Source: Takakia lepidozioides (lineage: Eukaryota > Plantae > Bryophyta). From it: a DNA stretch of 64,000 bases. The notes below the pieces were generated by a model. That model ran no database searches and was not told the DNA's origin. It worked only from the letters and a program-made list of their open reading frames with translations. Location of the stretch: contig CM060731.1 in assembly GCA_030704615.1 (NCBI GenBank), positions 93,620,001 through 93,684,000 of the forward strand, in the 5' to 3' direction. Below, in pieces: positions 24,867 to 38,719 of this stretch. Position 1 is the stretch's first letter. Every line of letters starts with the position of its first letter. Both the position numbers and the translations under genes were made by a program.

Positions 24867-27800
24867 CTAAGAGCCATCCAATGGAAATGCGACTGACAAC
24901 CCTCCTGTTGTGCCCTGTTCCACAATTGCAGAACCAAGTGAGGAGCTTCTGCTGGCTTTGCTAGAGTTCACATCTAGCAAATGCCAATCATCATCGTCAG
25001 CTCCCTCCCCAGTTTGGCAGAACATACAGAGATTGTGACCCTGCATTGCCAGGTCCGTCTCCCCTGCAAATATGCCCAGTCTTGCCTCATATGTTTTGCC
25101 CTCTGCTTCTGCAGAATGTGGAGATGATGATTCCGAAATGTCTGCAGCCCTTGTAGCACTTCGGTAGCTGCTGCCTGAATGGCTTAGGGCACCACAAGTA
25201 TTGTTGTAACCCCGGTCAGCCTTGGGGCTCAAGCTACTTCCAGATACCTGGCTGGAGCTGCGAGAGCTCATGTGCACATAACCGCTGCCCCATGTCAGCA
25301 AGCCAGCTTCCAATTGCTTCTTAAGAGCTTCCACATCTTCACAAATTATTGCTACTTCCCCTCTGCACCCACCAGCAGCAATCAGGTCCCACCTACCTTT
25401 CCTGAAGCTTGAGGCACACTTGATTTCTGATTGGAACAACCACGCCAATCTCATATCTCAAGCAAAAAGTGAAATATTACCCTAGAGCAGCTCACATTAA
25501 AATAATCAATATCATGTAAAAGCAACCTTGTTACTAGCATGACAGGAAGGTAAAAACACAAACTGCTCAAAAATAGGCATTTCAGACTTGATTGCATGTC
25601 AAAGCTGTCTCTACAATGAAGGTACATATGAAATGTGGTGATTCAGATTCTAACGCTAACCAGTCAGCAGAACAAATGAGTACAAATAATACGTTTCCAA
25701 GACTACAATACAAGGCTCTGAATTAGGCAACAAGCTCAGATCTTCAAACCAACCGACCGCAAATGTAATTCTGAAATATTAATCACATCAAAGGAGAAGG
25801 AATAAAAAGATAAAAAGGAAACGACAAGAATCAGTGTCGGGCACAGAATAGTGACTAAAAGATCTGTCCTAATGATCCACAGAGAAAAGAACCCAAGATG
25901 ACAACCCTCAAACATCAATACATGACAGCAACACTCAATAAGTATTTGAGAGTCCTGGCCTCTGAATTTGCCAGCTTATCTCCAAGAATCTTGTTCAGAG
26001 AAACCACTCAGGCCGCAATAGTGTCTAAGACATGCAAAACTAACATTCCACAGCAATTAAACAGCCACCACTAAAGTTCTCCAAGTTTTCAAAAGTTCTC
26101 CATCACAAAGGGCCGCCAACTAGTTAAGAAAAGATCACAACAACACTAAGCATGAATGAACTAACTCCTGGCCGGATACAACGATCGTACAGTGACCCCC
26201 TTATAAGTTTTTATCTATACTTACTGTAGGGAGTCAACGAAGCTCCCACGTTCAATCAAGAACTCCCGTAGCTGCAGAACACACAAACAAAGATCAGAGT
26301 TGGACAGTAAGACCAAAACAACTGCAGAAAGACCTTGAGTTGGCACATCTAACCTACCTGCAATATGGTTGGTAGGAAATCCAGCTTCCTTACCTTGGTA
26401 CATACTTCAGCTTCCGCATCAAGGTCCCGCGACTCCTGAGCCACCTTTGCCAACAAACTTTCCTCTTTGGCAAGCACCTCTTTGCACTTGCTTCCTTCTG
26501 CTGCTTTTCAGCTTCTGCTTCCTCTGTCTCCTCAATTGCACGGTCAATTCGAGCCTGAAGGGGCTCAATCTGGAACCCCCATCACGTAACCAAAAGTCAA
26601 CTCTTTGCTCATGCTATTTTGTACATTTAAAATGCATCAAGAAAGTGGCTGGGATGTACCTCAGTGATGGCCAGAAGAGCTTTGGCCTTTTCTGCCTTTA
26701 TTTGAGCCAAACGAAGCTGCAGTTCCCGGGACTCGGTTGCAAGAACAGCCTTTTCCCCATATACCTCACCAGCATGCTGCAGGCACCACCCCAGGAAGTT
26801 TAATGGTTTACTGGCCAGAGGGAACCATGCACATCACGACGGGACTGCAAGGATCTGAAGATCATCTATGTAAGTACACTGTACCGCCTCCATACAGACA
26901 TAGAAGGTAACCCAAACAGATGTTGCACAAGTCCAAGTTAGAATCTAAACTAGGACAACCTAGAGAGTGCAGTCTTAACATTGTCTTGTCAAGCACAAAC
27001 TCTCAGACCATCATATCATGTATGGCAGTGAACAAGCTGCCACCACTCCCCACCAATTTTCATCAGCTATGAATCACACTAACACTACGCTCAAATTCAT
27101 GGGCATTCTGTTAAAACAAATCTTCGTACTCAGTTTCTGTCACACTTCCTGAAGTGACACAAAAACTCAGCCATGATGTTGGCAAGCACTCAACAGGCAA
27201 GACAGCTAAACACTGCAAAGACCTGAAGAAGTTCAAGTGATTTCTTTCTTTATGCCCTTCGAGTCCAAAATGATACGTGAACTAAAATCCGCACATTAGG
27301 TGTCAAGAAGAAGTACCATCTCATTGGTTTGTCGAGCCCGGGCAAGCATTGTGCACAATTTCTCTGCCTGCACCAGCACATCCATGCCACTATGCGCTGC
27401 ATCCTCCTTCGCCTGCCGAGCAGCTGCTTCAGCTTGTTCTGCTTTTCCTCGCAGCACACACATATACTCTATTTCTCCAAGCAGCCCCTCCTGCAGCCAC
27501 ATCCCCCACCCTGATTTTGTTACCAAAAAATGACAAATGAGGGACTATGCGTAGGAATCTAGGATGGCGCTCTCAGTTTATGATACATATGACGCAATTC
27601 CAGCTTTGATGATGTCATCATCAACCTCTCAGACCTTTTTCCAGTACTCCTACATGGCATGCTCTCTCCCTCCTCATGCTTTGCAAGATCTACCAGCGAA
27701 CCTTCCAACTCCTCTTGAAACTTGTGGATAAACTGTTTATGAGCACAAAGCTGAGGTTAAGGGCTGTCTGTGTAAGAGGAAAATTTATGGTATTAGCTAT

Positions 27801-29824
27801 ACATTTAACTACATCTCTTTTCTTTATAATTTAAACAATATGCAGGGACATGAGCAAATGAAGAGGAAAACGTAAGGAATTGAAATTGTGCAAGACTAAT
27901 CCACACCAATCTATAAAACATCATAAGATCACAATACATATACATGTTTATAAGGGCAAAAACGACAGCCCACAGGCGCCCCTGACAGGACATATCACAA
28001 GCCCAAAAAAATGGTCAGCCACCTCAGGAAATGCAACACAGCCCAAAACCCCAACATCGACAAAAACTCGCCTTGTTCGCCTTGGCTTCTTGTACAAGCT
28101 CGTCCAACACATCCAGACTAAGCAGGTGCATAGATCCACTGCTGGAATTTCCCCAACTATTGTCATATGCATCCTGCAATGTCTCCTCCAATGATGCAGA
28201 CTCCAAATTCATATTAACTTCATTTGAGTAGTGACTAAGGGCACTATTTTGCACCGAAGGTGCTGCCAAATGGAGGGTTTCCGACAGCTGGTTTTCCAAA
28301 TTAGCTTCTGAGGCATCCCAAGAATCTTCCAATCTGCTGCAGCCCTTGTCAGATTGAAGCTGCTCCAAGTCACTCCCCATGTCCGGAACACTCCCATATA
28401 CTGATCCTAGCAGATCTCCCAATGGAGCACATGCATCTGCTGTCTCCTCAATGGAGTGAGTGAGGTCAGGCTGACTGTTGGCAGCAAGCAACAAGTGAAG
28501 ATCACCAGGTATAGGGATGTGCCCATTGCCTGCAAGCTGCCTGAAAGGAAGATCTTGAAGCATTACACTCTGTGGGCCTGTGATCAATGCATCTCTTATT
28601 TCTGCAAAGAACCAGGCAATACATCAAAACTTGGCCTCGTAATTCAATACATTGGTAAGGCAATTGTCCCTTAGAAGAAACACACTGGACGGCCTAACTC
28701 CACTGCCCCACAGGGTTCAAATGGAACAAATAAGGAGTTCATGGATGTGAACCTCATTACCATGTCCTCACATTGCAGTTCACATTGTCACACATGCACT
28801 GACTCTGGCTCAAGCATCCGGACAAGTACAAGCAACTGACATAACTAGCCAGAAGACCGCGGTTGGAAATCAACTGTACCAGGAGCATCGAATTCAGAGG
28901 CGTCATCAAAGTCTGAGACCACTGACTCCTTTGCTACCATTGGAGGAGCCTCTACTGCCGAATAACTTGGTGGCACTGTAGGCTTGTGAAGGTGCATGAC
29001 AACCAGAGGGGAAGAAGTCACAGAAGATGACTGGTCACCCAGCACTTCTGTGACAATGAAGTCCATGGCTGCCTCCATGTCCTCGCCATGATCCATCACT
29101 GTGGCCTTGATAATTCTCCCGTCCACCTGCCGACACGGCATGCACTATATTTCATCGCACTGGCATGACCCACTTTCACAATCTCCTCATAACTGCCAGT
29201 ACAGATACAGATGCTACAAACTACTGCAGAAGAGAATTAGGGAGGACTAGAGGTGGTCGTAATCCACAACTCCACAAGTTTGAAATGGGAATATCCTGTC
29301 TTGCAATTCAGTCATACTGCCAGCAAGATCTGGCGACTCACTAATGGATCATTTACAGAGTCATTATGTCATAGAAATCTGCAGCATCAGGATTTGCATC
29401 TGGAAAGTCCAGTGTAATACCCATATTGCAGAGTATTCACTCTCTTCAACCACACAACGGCATATCTAGAAGCCGCAGAGGGTACTCTCAGTTTATAGAA
29501 CATCGTCACACAGATTCAGACTTCCTCTCAAAACCTACTTTATAGTGTACAACTTGAGAAGGCATACTTTCGAAAACAAGATTTTCAAGAAGCAATTTCA
29601 CTTTCCTTCCACAACCACTGGAACTTTTCACATAAAGCGTCGTGCAAAAGGAAGATCACTAGCCATATTGAAACTAGATCTTTGACCCCGTCCGGTGAAT
29701 GTGCTACCGGAAGGTGTGACACTACGCTGGCAACTAGCACGACAGTAAAACCCTACAGCTCTCGGATGTGGCTCACCTGAGGGAAAAGTTCGCGAAGAGC
29801 ATTGATAGTCTCACGATGTGCCAT
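24867..29824 (-). CDS. CUE-domain coiled-coil protein (plant family annotated ELKS/Rab6-interacting/CAST-like, At1g03290/At4g02880-like)
   Basis: Exons about 29824-29777 (MAHRETINALRELFPQ), 29126-28880 (VDGRIIKA..DMEAAMDFIVTEVL), 28601-28072 (..LDELVQEAKANK), 27490-27317, 26776-26660 (HAGEVYGEKAVLATE), about 26569-26394, 26271-26225 (LREFLIERGSFVDSL) and 25362-24867 (GEVAIICEDV..DDWHLL). One apparent -1 frameshift near 26480. Confidence 0.85.
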
Positions 29825-30899
29825 AATTACACCTCTTTACAAACACGGCATCTGCATGGATCCAAATTCAACGGAAAATCGTGATTGTGAGAATCATTGG
29901 AAGCCCCGGAAGAAAGATGAAGTACGTGAAGCGACAAGAAAGTTAAGCAAATTGGGATTGAGAAATGCAGTGGAGTCCCATTGCAATATCCATTTGAAAG
30001 AAGCCACATCCCAAAGCTAATACGAGACGGCTCAGGAGTAGCAAAAATGTGTAGGGTAAGCAATCTTCCTTGTGGCAAGGGGCTCATACATTAATTTGGT
30101 TTTTTGTCATAGCCTTTGAATTTGCAGAAAGCCATTCCGGAAAGAAGACTCTCGAGAACCGGATAGTTTTGGTCCAGACGAAATACGCATTATCTTTCCA
30201 ACTTGCAATACATCAGCAGAAAGAAGTGGAATTGGTCCGCTACAAAACATGCACATCCACCCAACATACAAATACCATAAAACTCTGAACCAAATCTGAG
30301 TTGAACAGTATTCTTACCACAAACAGATCGCCCTACAAATTCACAATTGTAAGGATGCATAACAACGATTCAAGCGCAAAGCATGCATATCCATCAATTG
30401 TACAACATCCAAGACACTGACGCTCAACATGCGGTCCATTTCGTCTTCCAGAGGTGGTGAGCACAACTAAAGTCACGAAACACATCTGATTTCCCATCTG
30501 ATCGACTACAAGCACATCCGGCAACGACCTGCACATACCTCCTGAGATGCGTTTTATCGATGACGAAGCTCTCCGGGACCGCCCTGCAGCCTGCCCATGT
30601 GCATACCCGCCATGCTGTCGGTTCCTGCCTTTATGCGCCCGCTTTCACCATTTTAGGGCACCTCACCTGCCGAGCTTAAACCCTAGCCTCACAATTGTCT
30701 AGTTGCTATATTGACACGCTATTTTTTCATTATTATTATTCTAGCGACGACCAAAGGTCGGAAGCTAGTTTAACGTAGAGCAGGAATAGGGAGCCATAGT
30801 GCCTCATCATCATAGCCACGTCACCGTCGTCAATTCTTTGGAACCTGCCTGAAATGCCCAAAAATAACCGGAGTGCTTCAGCGCGCGGGGTGAGATATT

Positions 30900-33560
30900 T
30901 GCAAATTATGAGTACATCGCATGAGAGCTAGAATTTGCACGATGGTGGGACAACCGCAGTGGGACAACCGCAATCCCTAGGGGTGGCTTTTCTTAACCCT
31001 TAAGTTCCCAAGCCCTTTTTTGACTTTTTACGAATTTTGGGTACCCAGCTGTAGTAAATTGCCCCAAGAAACCTACCAAAAATCATCCAGAGATTCCAGC
31101 CTTATAGCAGGCCCAGCTCATTTATGCATGACATACCCATGGAAATTGTGAGATTATAACATTGGCCCGGACCTCAAATATCAGGTCCCAAAGAAAAAGT
31201 GAGAAAGAAATTGGTTTGACCAAATCAAAACCTAGCTTTATCCAATTTTGCTTGCCCCAAGACCCACCATTTCCAAATCAATAGTGGAGTGGCTATGACC
31301 CCACTAAATTGCAGGTCCAACTGATTTTTTCACCTATGGTTGCTTTGCATGCAATTACATGGGGGTTGAAATCTCAAAATTGACAAGAGAAAACGTGCCT
31401 CTAAATGAAGTACTTTTTTTTCTACAAAATTTTTAAAAGCCAATGGTGGATGTGTGTATGTAATCCTCACACACCACAAGGTGAAGTTCTTTTTACAAAA
31501 TTGCTAATTTTCTGCCAAAAATGGCCTTTGGAGTGCAATCTGTTTTTGGCTTGTTTACCTGCCACGTCAGCGGTCAACAAGCCCTTTTCAGGCCCAAAAC
31601 GTAAATGAGAGATCTAAGATATTTTTTGTAGGTCGCAGCTTTTGTTTTTTTTTTAGTTTTGTTTTTTGCATCATACTCGAGACAAATCCCTTGTCATTAA
31701 AGCTTCAGGAGTGGGCCCCATCATATTAGATCTGCAAAAATTAGGTCCAACTGCAAATTCAAAGTGACCCGATTCAGGTCGCTTGGGAACTTAAGGGTTA
31801 ATGTATGATGTGAAGAAGTTTGTCATCCTGCAAATGTGGGCTCTTGGCTCCTATTAGTACCACGATTTGGTATTCTTCTTGATGTTTACAAAGGTTCTTG
31901 GGAGAGTCAGCTTGGTCTTACCATGACGTGTTTCAATCTCTGCCTGCTCAGTTGCACCGTGGTGGTTCTCGCAGACCAATCCGACATTACCTAACTACAG
32001 ACACAAGCGGCACACACAAGAGGTCTTTTTGGGTTGATGGTCAGTCAAATCCTCCATGGGTCATGCCACAAGGTCAAGGATAATGTGTTGAGGACACCTT
32101 CTTCTTCGACCTATTTCAGCCTGTTTTGCCCTCTCATCAGACTCGACCCTGAGATGCATATTGAATTCCGTAAGTTAGCTCGTTGGATGGATCTGTGGTG
32201 GTTTGGAGTGACTTTGACAAGTTACTGCTGATGTAGCAGCAGGAAATATCCAAACACAGATAACAGATATTAGGGAAAGCTTTGGAATAAACACTTTTCC
32301 GATCCCGGTCAATGGTGGGACAATGGAGACAAAAAGGTGAATGTCTATTGGACTACAGAGAGAAGCAGATGCAATTTAGAATTGGAACTACGTCTGCAAT
32401 AAGTAGGGTTGGGGTGTTTTCTGGAAGAACTTCACGCCGTCAGTGTCAGCTTCTAGCAGCAAGGCTGAGGATGTATTCATGATTTGTACACAGACAGGGA
32501 TAGCTGAAGGAGCAGGGATAGAGGTCCAGATTCATCCAAGAGGGCCGGATTTCAAACACAAGATTACTTTTGATTCTCTATGGATCAATAGCTACAAGAA
32601 ATCTGCGTGGATAGATGGTCAACTGGAAACAGCAGCGGCAGCGGTATGATTGATAGAACAAGACACTACTAATGAAGGTACCTTCTTCAACACATTTCAC
32701 CCTGTTTTCCCCTGTTATTAAAGTCGTCCCTAAATTTGCATGTTGCAGTCTGTAAGTTAGCTCGTAGGTGGATCTATGGTGTTTTTGGAGTGATTTTGAG
32801 ATGTTACTGCCAATGTGGCAACATGAAAGTATCCAAAAACAGATAACAGAAACGAGGAGAAACTATGGAATGAATACGTTTCCGACTCCAGTCAATGGTG
32901 GAACAATCCAGGCAAAAAGATGAATGTTTGTTGGAGCCCAGGCTCTATCTGCATGACGTGGCGCGAGCGTACGTACTCGCCACGTAAGCGTGAGCGTCCG
33001 CCATATCAGCAAATGTCAGAACACATTTGGCGAAAGAAAATGTGTCTATACCCAAGGGACCTATAACCGTGGGAATGCATGATTTGTGCATAGGCATGGA
33101 TAGCTGAAGGAGCAGGGATAGAGAGTGGGTCCAAATTCATCCAAGAGGGCCGGATTTGAAGCTCCAGATTAACTATGATTCCCTGTGGAAGGATAGCTAC
33201 AAGAAATCTGCATGGGTAGATGGTCAACTGGAAGCCGCAGCAGCAGCGGCACAATTGATAAAATCAGGCACTGCTACTCAAGGCACATTCTTCAACACAT
33301 TTCATCCTGTTTTTCCCTCTTATCAGAATCGGCCCTAAATTTTCATGTTGAATTCTGCAAGTTAGCTGGTTGAGTGAATCTTTGATAATGACTTTGACAT
33401 GATACTGCCAATGTGACAACAATAAAGTATCCAAAAACAGGTAACAGAGACAAAAATAAGCTGTGGAATGAATACTTTTCTGACCCCAGTCAATGGTGGG
33501 ACAATCGAGGCAAAAAGGTGAATGCCTGTTGGATTACAGAGAGTAGCAGATGCAATTGAG
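30900..33560 (+). pseudogene. OSB-type PDF-motif repeat gene (organellar ssDNA-binding motif), tandemly repeated exon pair, decayed
   Basis: WWDNR at about 30944; LWNKHFSDPGQWWDNGDKK (about 32280-32336) splices to IHPRGPDFKHKITFDSLW..W (32530-32620). The about 590-610 bp unit is repeated about 2.5 times up to 33560. Stops present. Confidence 0.75.
30997..31797. mobile_element. Non-autonomous piggyBac-type MITE, 801 bp
   Basis: Perfect 17-bp TIR CCCTTAAGTTCCCAAGC (30997-31013 and 31781-31797) flanked by TTAA target duplications (30993-30996, 31798-31801). Confidence 0.93.
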
Positions 33561-34347
33561 CCTAGGATCAGAGGTGCATGGTGGCACATTTGTATGAGAC
33601 TCTCTAGCTTAGAGAATCTCTTGATGTTGAATAATATTTGTGGGGTTTTGCTTGTTGACAGTGGGTTCACAAGGAGGCGACTATGATGCACTTGATGGTT
33701 GTCTTCAGACGCTCTAGGAGTTCCATGGAATTTCCCAGGTTGACTGTTGCTTGCTACCTTCGATTCATACTTCTAACTTATCAAGACACTTAGCAGCACC
33801 AAGAGGATGTGGCAAAAGAGAAGAAGTTTGTCAAGGAACACTTGTGCTGTGCCTTAACATTCAAATTGAGCTAACAAATAAGATGAATGTTGTGCAACTA
33901 TGGCTTCCTACATATTTCAATGTTTGAGGATGTTTCTTCTCTGTGGCTAGATTTTGATCTGTTCATTCGCTCAGATTGACATCACTTGTGCAGATGTCTG
34001 CTGGATATTTGATGGCAGAATCGAGGAAACAATGTGACTCTCTTATAGCTGTTGGTTCTGCTTTTGGCGCGTTGTCACCACTTCACTTCCATAATAGATG
34101 AATGTTGTAGGCCCTGCCAAAGCACATTTCACTGTCTTCTAGTATTGCTGATTAAAAAATTGTGGTTACTGAGCAGGTTTGAAAAGGGAAAACTCACTTA
34201 TGGCCATATTCGTGGTAGATTGTTTGACTGTTCCCTTGAATTGTTCTGGACTACCCCTCAATAATTGCTAGGTGGCTGACAAGACCAACTGTGAAGATAG
34301 ACATCACCAGCCGACGGAATGTGGACGAACGAACCTTTCTACCTCAA

Positions 34348-35137
34348 CACTACACCGTTCCGGGGGTTTAGCGATGCACTGGGCACCGCTCATCGCGTAT
34401 TTTCGGGGTTGGCGGAAATCGCAGATGCCTCGCTATGGGGACGTCGCAGATTCCGGACTTAAGGCGACGCCGGGGGGTCGCAGATCCAACCCCCGTGAAA
34501 ATCCCCACTAGCTCGTACGCTCGTAGCTCGGGGCGTCGCTGTAGCCATACAGGGAGGGGCAAAAAAAAAAAAAAAAAAACGTTTTTTTTTTAAGCAACGC
34601 CCTAGGAGTCAGCGACGCCCTGGGGATCGCTTATTGAGGTTTTTTGGAATTTTGAATTTTTGAAAAATGGCGAGATCCACACGGTTCAAAAAATGGGGGG
34701 ATACACACTTGCCGCATAGTGTCAAACCTAACCTATGAGCATGTGTTTGCAAGTAGCCGACACATATCGAGTTCCTAAATCATTCAACCTGTAGTTAGGC
34801 AAATTTGAACTCAAGGCCTCTACATTATACATATAGTAAGACAGTTCACACTAACCAACATATCAGTTACAAAACGTACACACAAACTCGTGATTTGATT
34901 TGTACGTAAGGTAGTTCATGCATACATCGGTTGCTCGTCGGGACCTCAAAGCGGCACTCCTCGCGTCGTTCAAATATAGGCGACGTCTCTAGCGTCGCTT
35001 TTCTTGCACCCTCTATTGCAAAAAACCAAAAACTGATCAAGTCATTTTTAGCGACGTCTCAGGCGTCGGTAAAAATGACTTATTAAAAAAAAAAAAAACA
35101 CTCAAAAGCAACGCCTAGGGCATCGCATTTAAAAAAC

Positions 35138-35168
<31 letters not shown>

Positions 35169-35431
35169 CGAGGTGCTTGAAGCGACGCCCTGGGCGTCGC
35201 ATTAAAAATACGATGGTTTTTTTTTTTTTTTTTTTTTTTTTGGTGCTTGAAGCAACGCCCTAGGCATCGCTAAGGCATCGCAACCTAAACCCTGGGCGTC
35301 ACAAGTAGGGACTTGGCCAAATTGGCAGTCCCTCAGGCGTCGCAAGAATTTTCTGTGATGCTTAGGGCGTCACACGGGAAATGGGGCGCGGGGGGTTGGG
35401 CGTCGCTAAACCCCCCCTAAACGTAGTAGTG
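34348..35431. mobile_element. Non-autonomous CACTA (En/Spm) element
   Basis: Begins CACTAC and ends GTAGTG with imperfect TIRs. 3-bp TSD CAA (34345-34347, 35432-35434). Many subterminal GCGACGCC/GGCGTCGC repeats. Confidence 0.92.
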
Positions 35432-35899
35432 CAAACCGATGAATCTTGAGACTTTCCATATCACTTATAAGCGACAGCGGGATGAGATCAATTCTCGGAA
35501 GAGTCTGGAAGGGTCGTTGAGTGTGGCAACCCTAACTCCGATGCTGCTATATATTGGTGCCCAGTTGTCACATGTCAAGCGCCATCCGGAGTCCACGCCC
35601 TACATCTTGCTTGGGATGCTTGGCGTGCAGGCTACATAATTCCTCTTATCACAGGTTAGTAGCTGACTGATTACCTAAGATCTCTGCCGTTTTGTTCAAG
35701 GATTTGTCTCTCTGATGTATTTTTGTTCTCAATACTGGCTCCAAATAGAATAGCAAGTTTTTATGAATTAGCAATGTTACTGAAGATCTAGTATCTAGCA
35801 AGCTAATATGCCTGGATTGTCATATGGGGAATCTGCACCGAACCTGAGTAGCTTCAAATCCTACCTCATGATCAGGGTAGCAAACACTTCTGAGAGCCT

Positions 35900-36410
35900 C
35901 TTCGACCACAATTGCATTGTGAATCTTTTCATACTGGATCAGGAATGTAGGAACATGTATGACATTTCTTTGTGTTCTCAAGGCCTGTGCCAGTGTGGCA
36001 GCCCTGGAGAAGGGCAAAGAGATCCATGTTGACATTATCAAGCCAAATTGTGTCAGATAACATTCTAGGTGTTACCTTGGTAAACATGTATGCCAAATGC
36101 GGGAGCATAAATAATGTATGGCAAGTGTTTGACAATATGGCTAAACGAGATGTAGTCTCATGGAGTGCGATGATAGCAGGATATGCTCAGCATGGGTGTG
36201 GTAGGGAGGCTTTGGAGACCTATAAGCAAATGGTATGAGACGGGGTGGCACCTGACCAGGCTATGTTTGTTTGTGTTGTCAATGCCTGTGCAAGCTTGAC
36301 AGCCCTGGAGAAGGGCAAACAAGTCTATGCTGACATAATTAAAGCTGGAATTGTTCCAGATATCATTATGGAGAATACCCTAGTTGACGTGTAAGTGTGG
36401 CTCATCCACG
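35900..36410 (+). pseudogene. PLS-class pentatricopeptide repeat (PPR) gene fragment
   Basis: VLKACASVAALEKGKEIH / TLVNMYAKCGS..VFDNMAKRDVVSWSAMIAGYAQHG..EAL / VNACASLTALEKGKQVY. Frameshift and stop; cut by the retroelement. Confidence 0.9.
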
Positions 36411-38709
36411 GCCCACTCCTTTGCTAACAACAAATTTATTCGCCTCCCACTCGGTTGGGCGTTTCCGACATCCGTAAAACTTCGCCACCATCCCCACACG
36501 GTAGCGTGACTACTCTCTTGCGGCCATCTATGATTGCTCCGGATTTGCTCAAAAAAGACATCCCCAAAATGAGGTCCACTCCATCGATCTCGCAAATGGT
36601 GAAGTTCTCACGTCCCTCCCAACTCCTCAGCTGAAGAGGAACATCGAACGCCACCTTGTTGCCAGTTGTGGTTCTAATTTGGTAGAACGCACTTCAATAG
36701 AAGCCTCCACATCATTTATCGGGAGGCCCAGCTTCCGTGTCGTTGCCGGTGTCATGAAGGAGTGCGACACTCTTGTGTCCACCAGCAATGACACGTTAGT
36801 TCCGAAAATTACCCCGCACACGAACATTAGCTGACTTCATTTACGCACAGCTCTCGTCTCCTGGTATAACTCACAAGAGTAGTTGCCTACCTTGCCAGTC
36901 TTGGCGACCACCGCCTCCACCAAGCGGCTGATGGAGTCTTCGGACAGTTCCGTGGTCGTCCGAGTCATGTTCAATTGTCGGGGTTTCAGGCACTTCTTGG
37001 CCATGTGCCCCCGCTCCCCGCAATTAAAGCACACCCCATCAAAGGTCGCCTTTTGTCCACCATAAGCCGCCGTACCTGATTTTCTTTTCGGAGCACCGGT
37101 TGCCGCCTTGACGTGCGAAGGCCCTCCCTTCGATTTCCATGTGTCATTGTCGCCGCGTGGCCTATCCCACTTAAGGAGTCACCCTCCCGTCGGAACTTCT
37201 TGTGGTTCAGCTCCGTACGGCCCTGTCTTTCGCCCCTAGGGACATCCGAGAAGCATTCAGCCCTTTCAAATGCCTCGTTCAAAGTCTTTGGTGGCCTCTC
37301 CTCCAACTTCCGCCTGGCCTATGGGGCCAGTCCCGCCACAAAGTTGAAAACCATTTCTGGTTCCGCCATATCCGTGACTTCGAGCAATAATACATTGAAA
37401 GCCTGAACATATCCCTGAATGTCATCCGTTTACTTCAAGTTCTTCATCTTGTCCCGGGCGAGCCAGGACGCGTTGAGGGGCACAAACTGTCTTCTCATAA
37501 GTTCCTTGAACCCACTCCAGCTCGAGGTTTCTCGGTTTGGCCCTTGGTCATGAAGGCGTTTCTTCCACCATTGTTGAGCATAGCCCCCTCAAATAGGTGG
37601 GAGCCACTTCCATCCGATCCTCGTCACTCAACTTGGCCGCCCGAAAGTACTGCTCAAGCTCCAAGAGCTAGGTGTTGAGTGCCTTCTGATTTCGGACGCC
37701 CTCAAAGGTGTCAGGTTCCTTAGGCTTCACCTTAAACTTTGTCTTAGTGGAAGTGGCATTAACCGCCCTCATCACGTCTTTTAGCGTCCCACCAAACTGC
37801 CCCAACAACCCTTCCCAATAGGCTGCTGGCATGGGAGGCATCTGTTGGTCTGGCAGAGCCTTTGGGAAGTCCTCGGGCTCCGTTGAGCGGCCTCACTTTC
37901 AGTTTGCCGCTTTGGTGACACGTCGCTCCCACCGGGCTCACTGGGATCATCGTCTTTCGGGCCGTTCCGCTTTCGCTTTGTCTTGCCCGACCCCATGGTG
38001 AGGCCGATCTCAAGGATGATTGCGTACTAAACTCTAAGCTCTGATACCAAGTGTCGCGCACCTCACTTCGGTAAACTCATTTTCAAGTCATAGTTACTCG
38101 CTTTGATACGCGCGCCTAACTCCCAAACTAGCCGCCGGGCCAACTCGGAGCTTCGGCTGCTCACCGGGGCATAACGGTCCCCCTTGCGCCTCCAGAAGAC
38201 CCTCCACCACTTTGGGCCTAGTGGAAATTCCCTTTGATAGATGGCAGTCCGGAATAGCTCCCCACACCTTGGTCGCTTTTCGGCTCGCACGCTTACTCAC
38301 TAGCTTTTGGTCACCAACGGGCTTGCACCGTTCTCGGGGTTACTACTCCCTATATATACTTCTATAGGTGTCCGCGTGGTCACAAACAACACAGTTTTTT
38401 TTTATGGTGAACCACCACGAAGACCTTCAACCTTCTGTGGTGAGTCGCGGTGAGTCTTGGCCCACCCACCACGGCCCCAATGGACCGCGGTGAGTCCCAA
38501 GATTCCCCACAACTCCCACCATAAGGCCTCAGCCTCTTGGTGAGTCCTATGTCACCCCCACTACGACTCCCTAAGCTACCACCACCCCTCGTGGAGCCCC
38601 CACTACCGCAACCCGGTTTGCGGGGCTCCACCTAGTGAGCGCCTAGGGCCACCTTGAGTGCCTTTGGCACTCAAGGGTGCTTCAGCCCCCTTTCCTATTC
38701 GCTGCCGCT
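36411..38709 (-). mobile_element. Truncated Ty3/gypsy LTR retrotransposon (5' LTR 38052-38709, PBS, gag, protease)
   Basis: PBS TGGTATCAGAGC (tRNA-iMet) at 38038-38049 on -; gag zinc knuckle CFNCGERGHMAKKC; protease LLVDTRVSHSF..DLILGM. LTR matches the copies at 51.9-54.2 kb. Confidence 0.9.
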
Positions 38710-38719
38710 AAAACAAGGT

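Noticed and set aside
34348-35431. GCGACGCC..GGCGTCGC palindromes as a fourth ParB-like array
   Set aside because: They lie inside a CACTA element with TSD and are explained as ordinary subterminal repeats.
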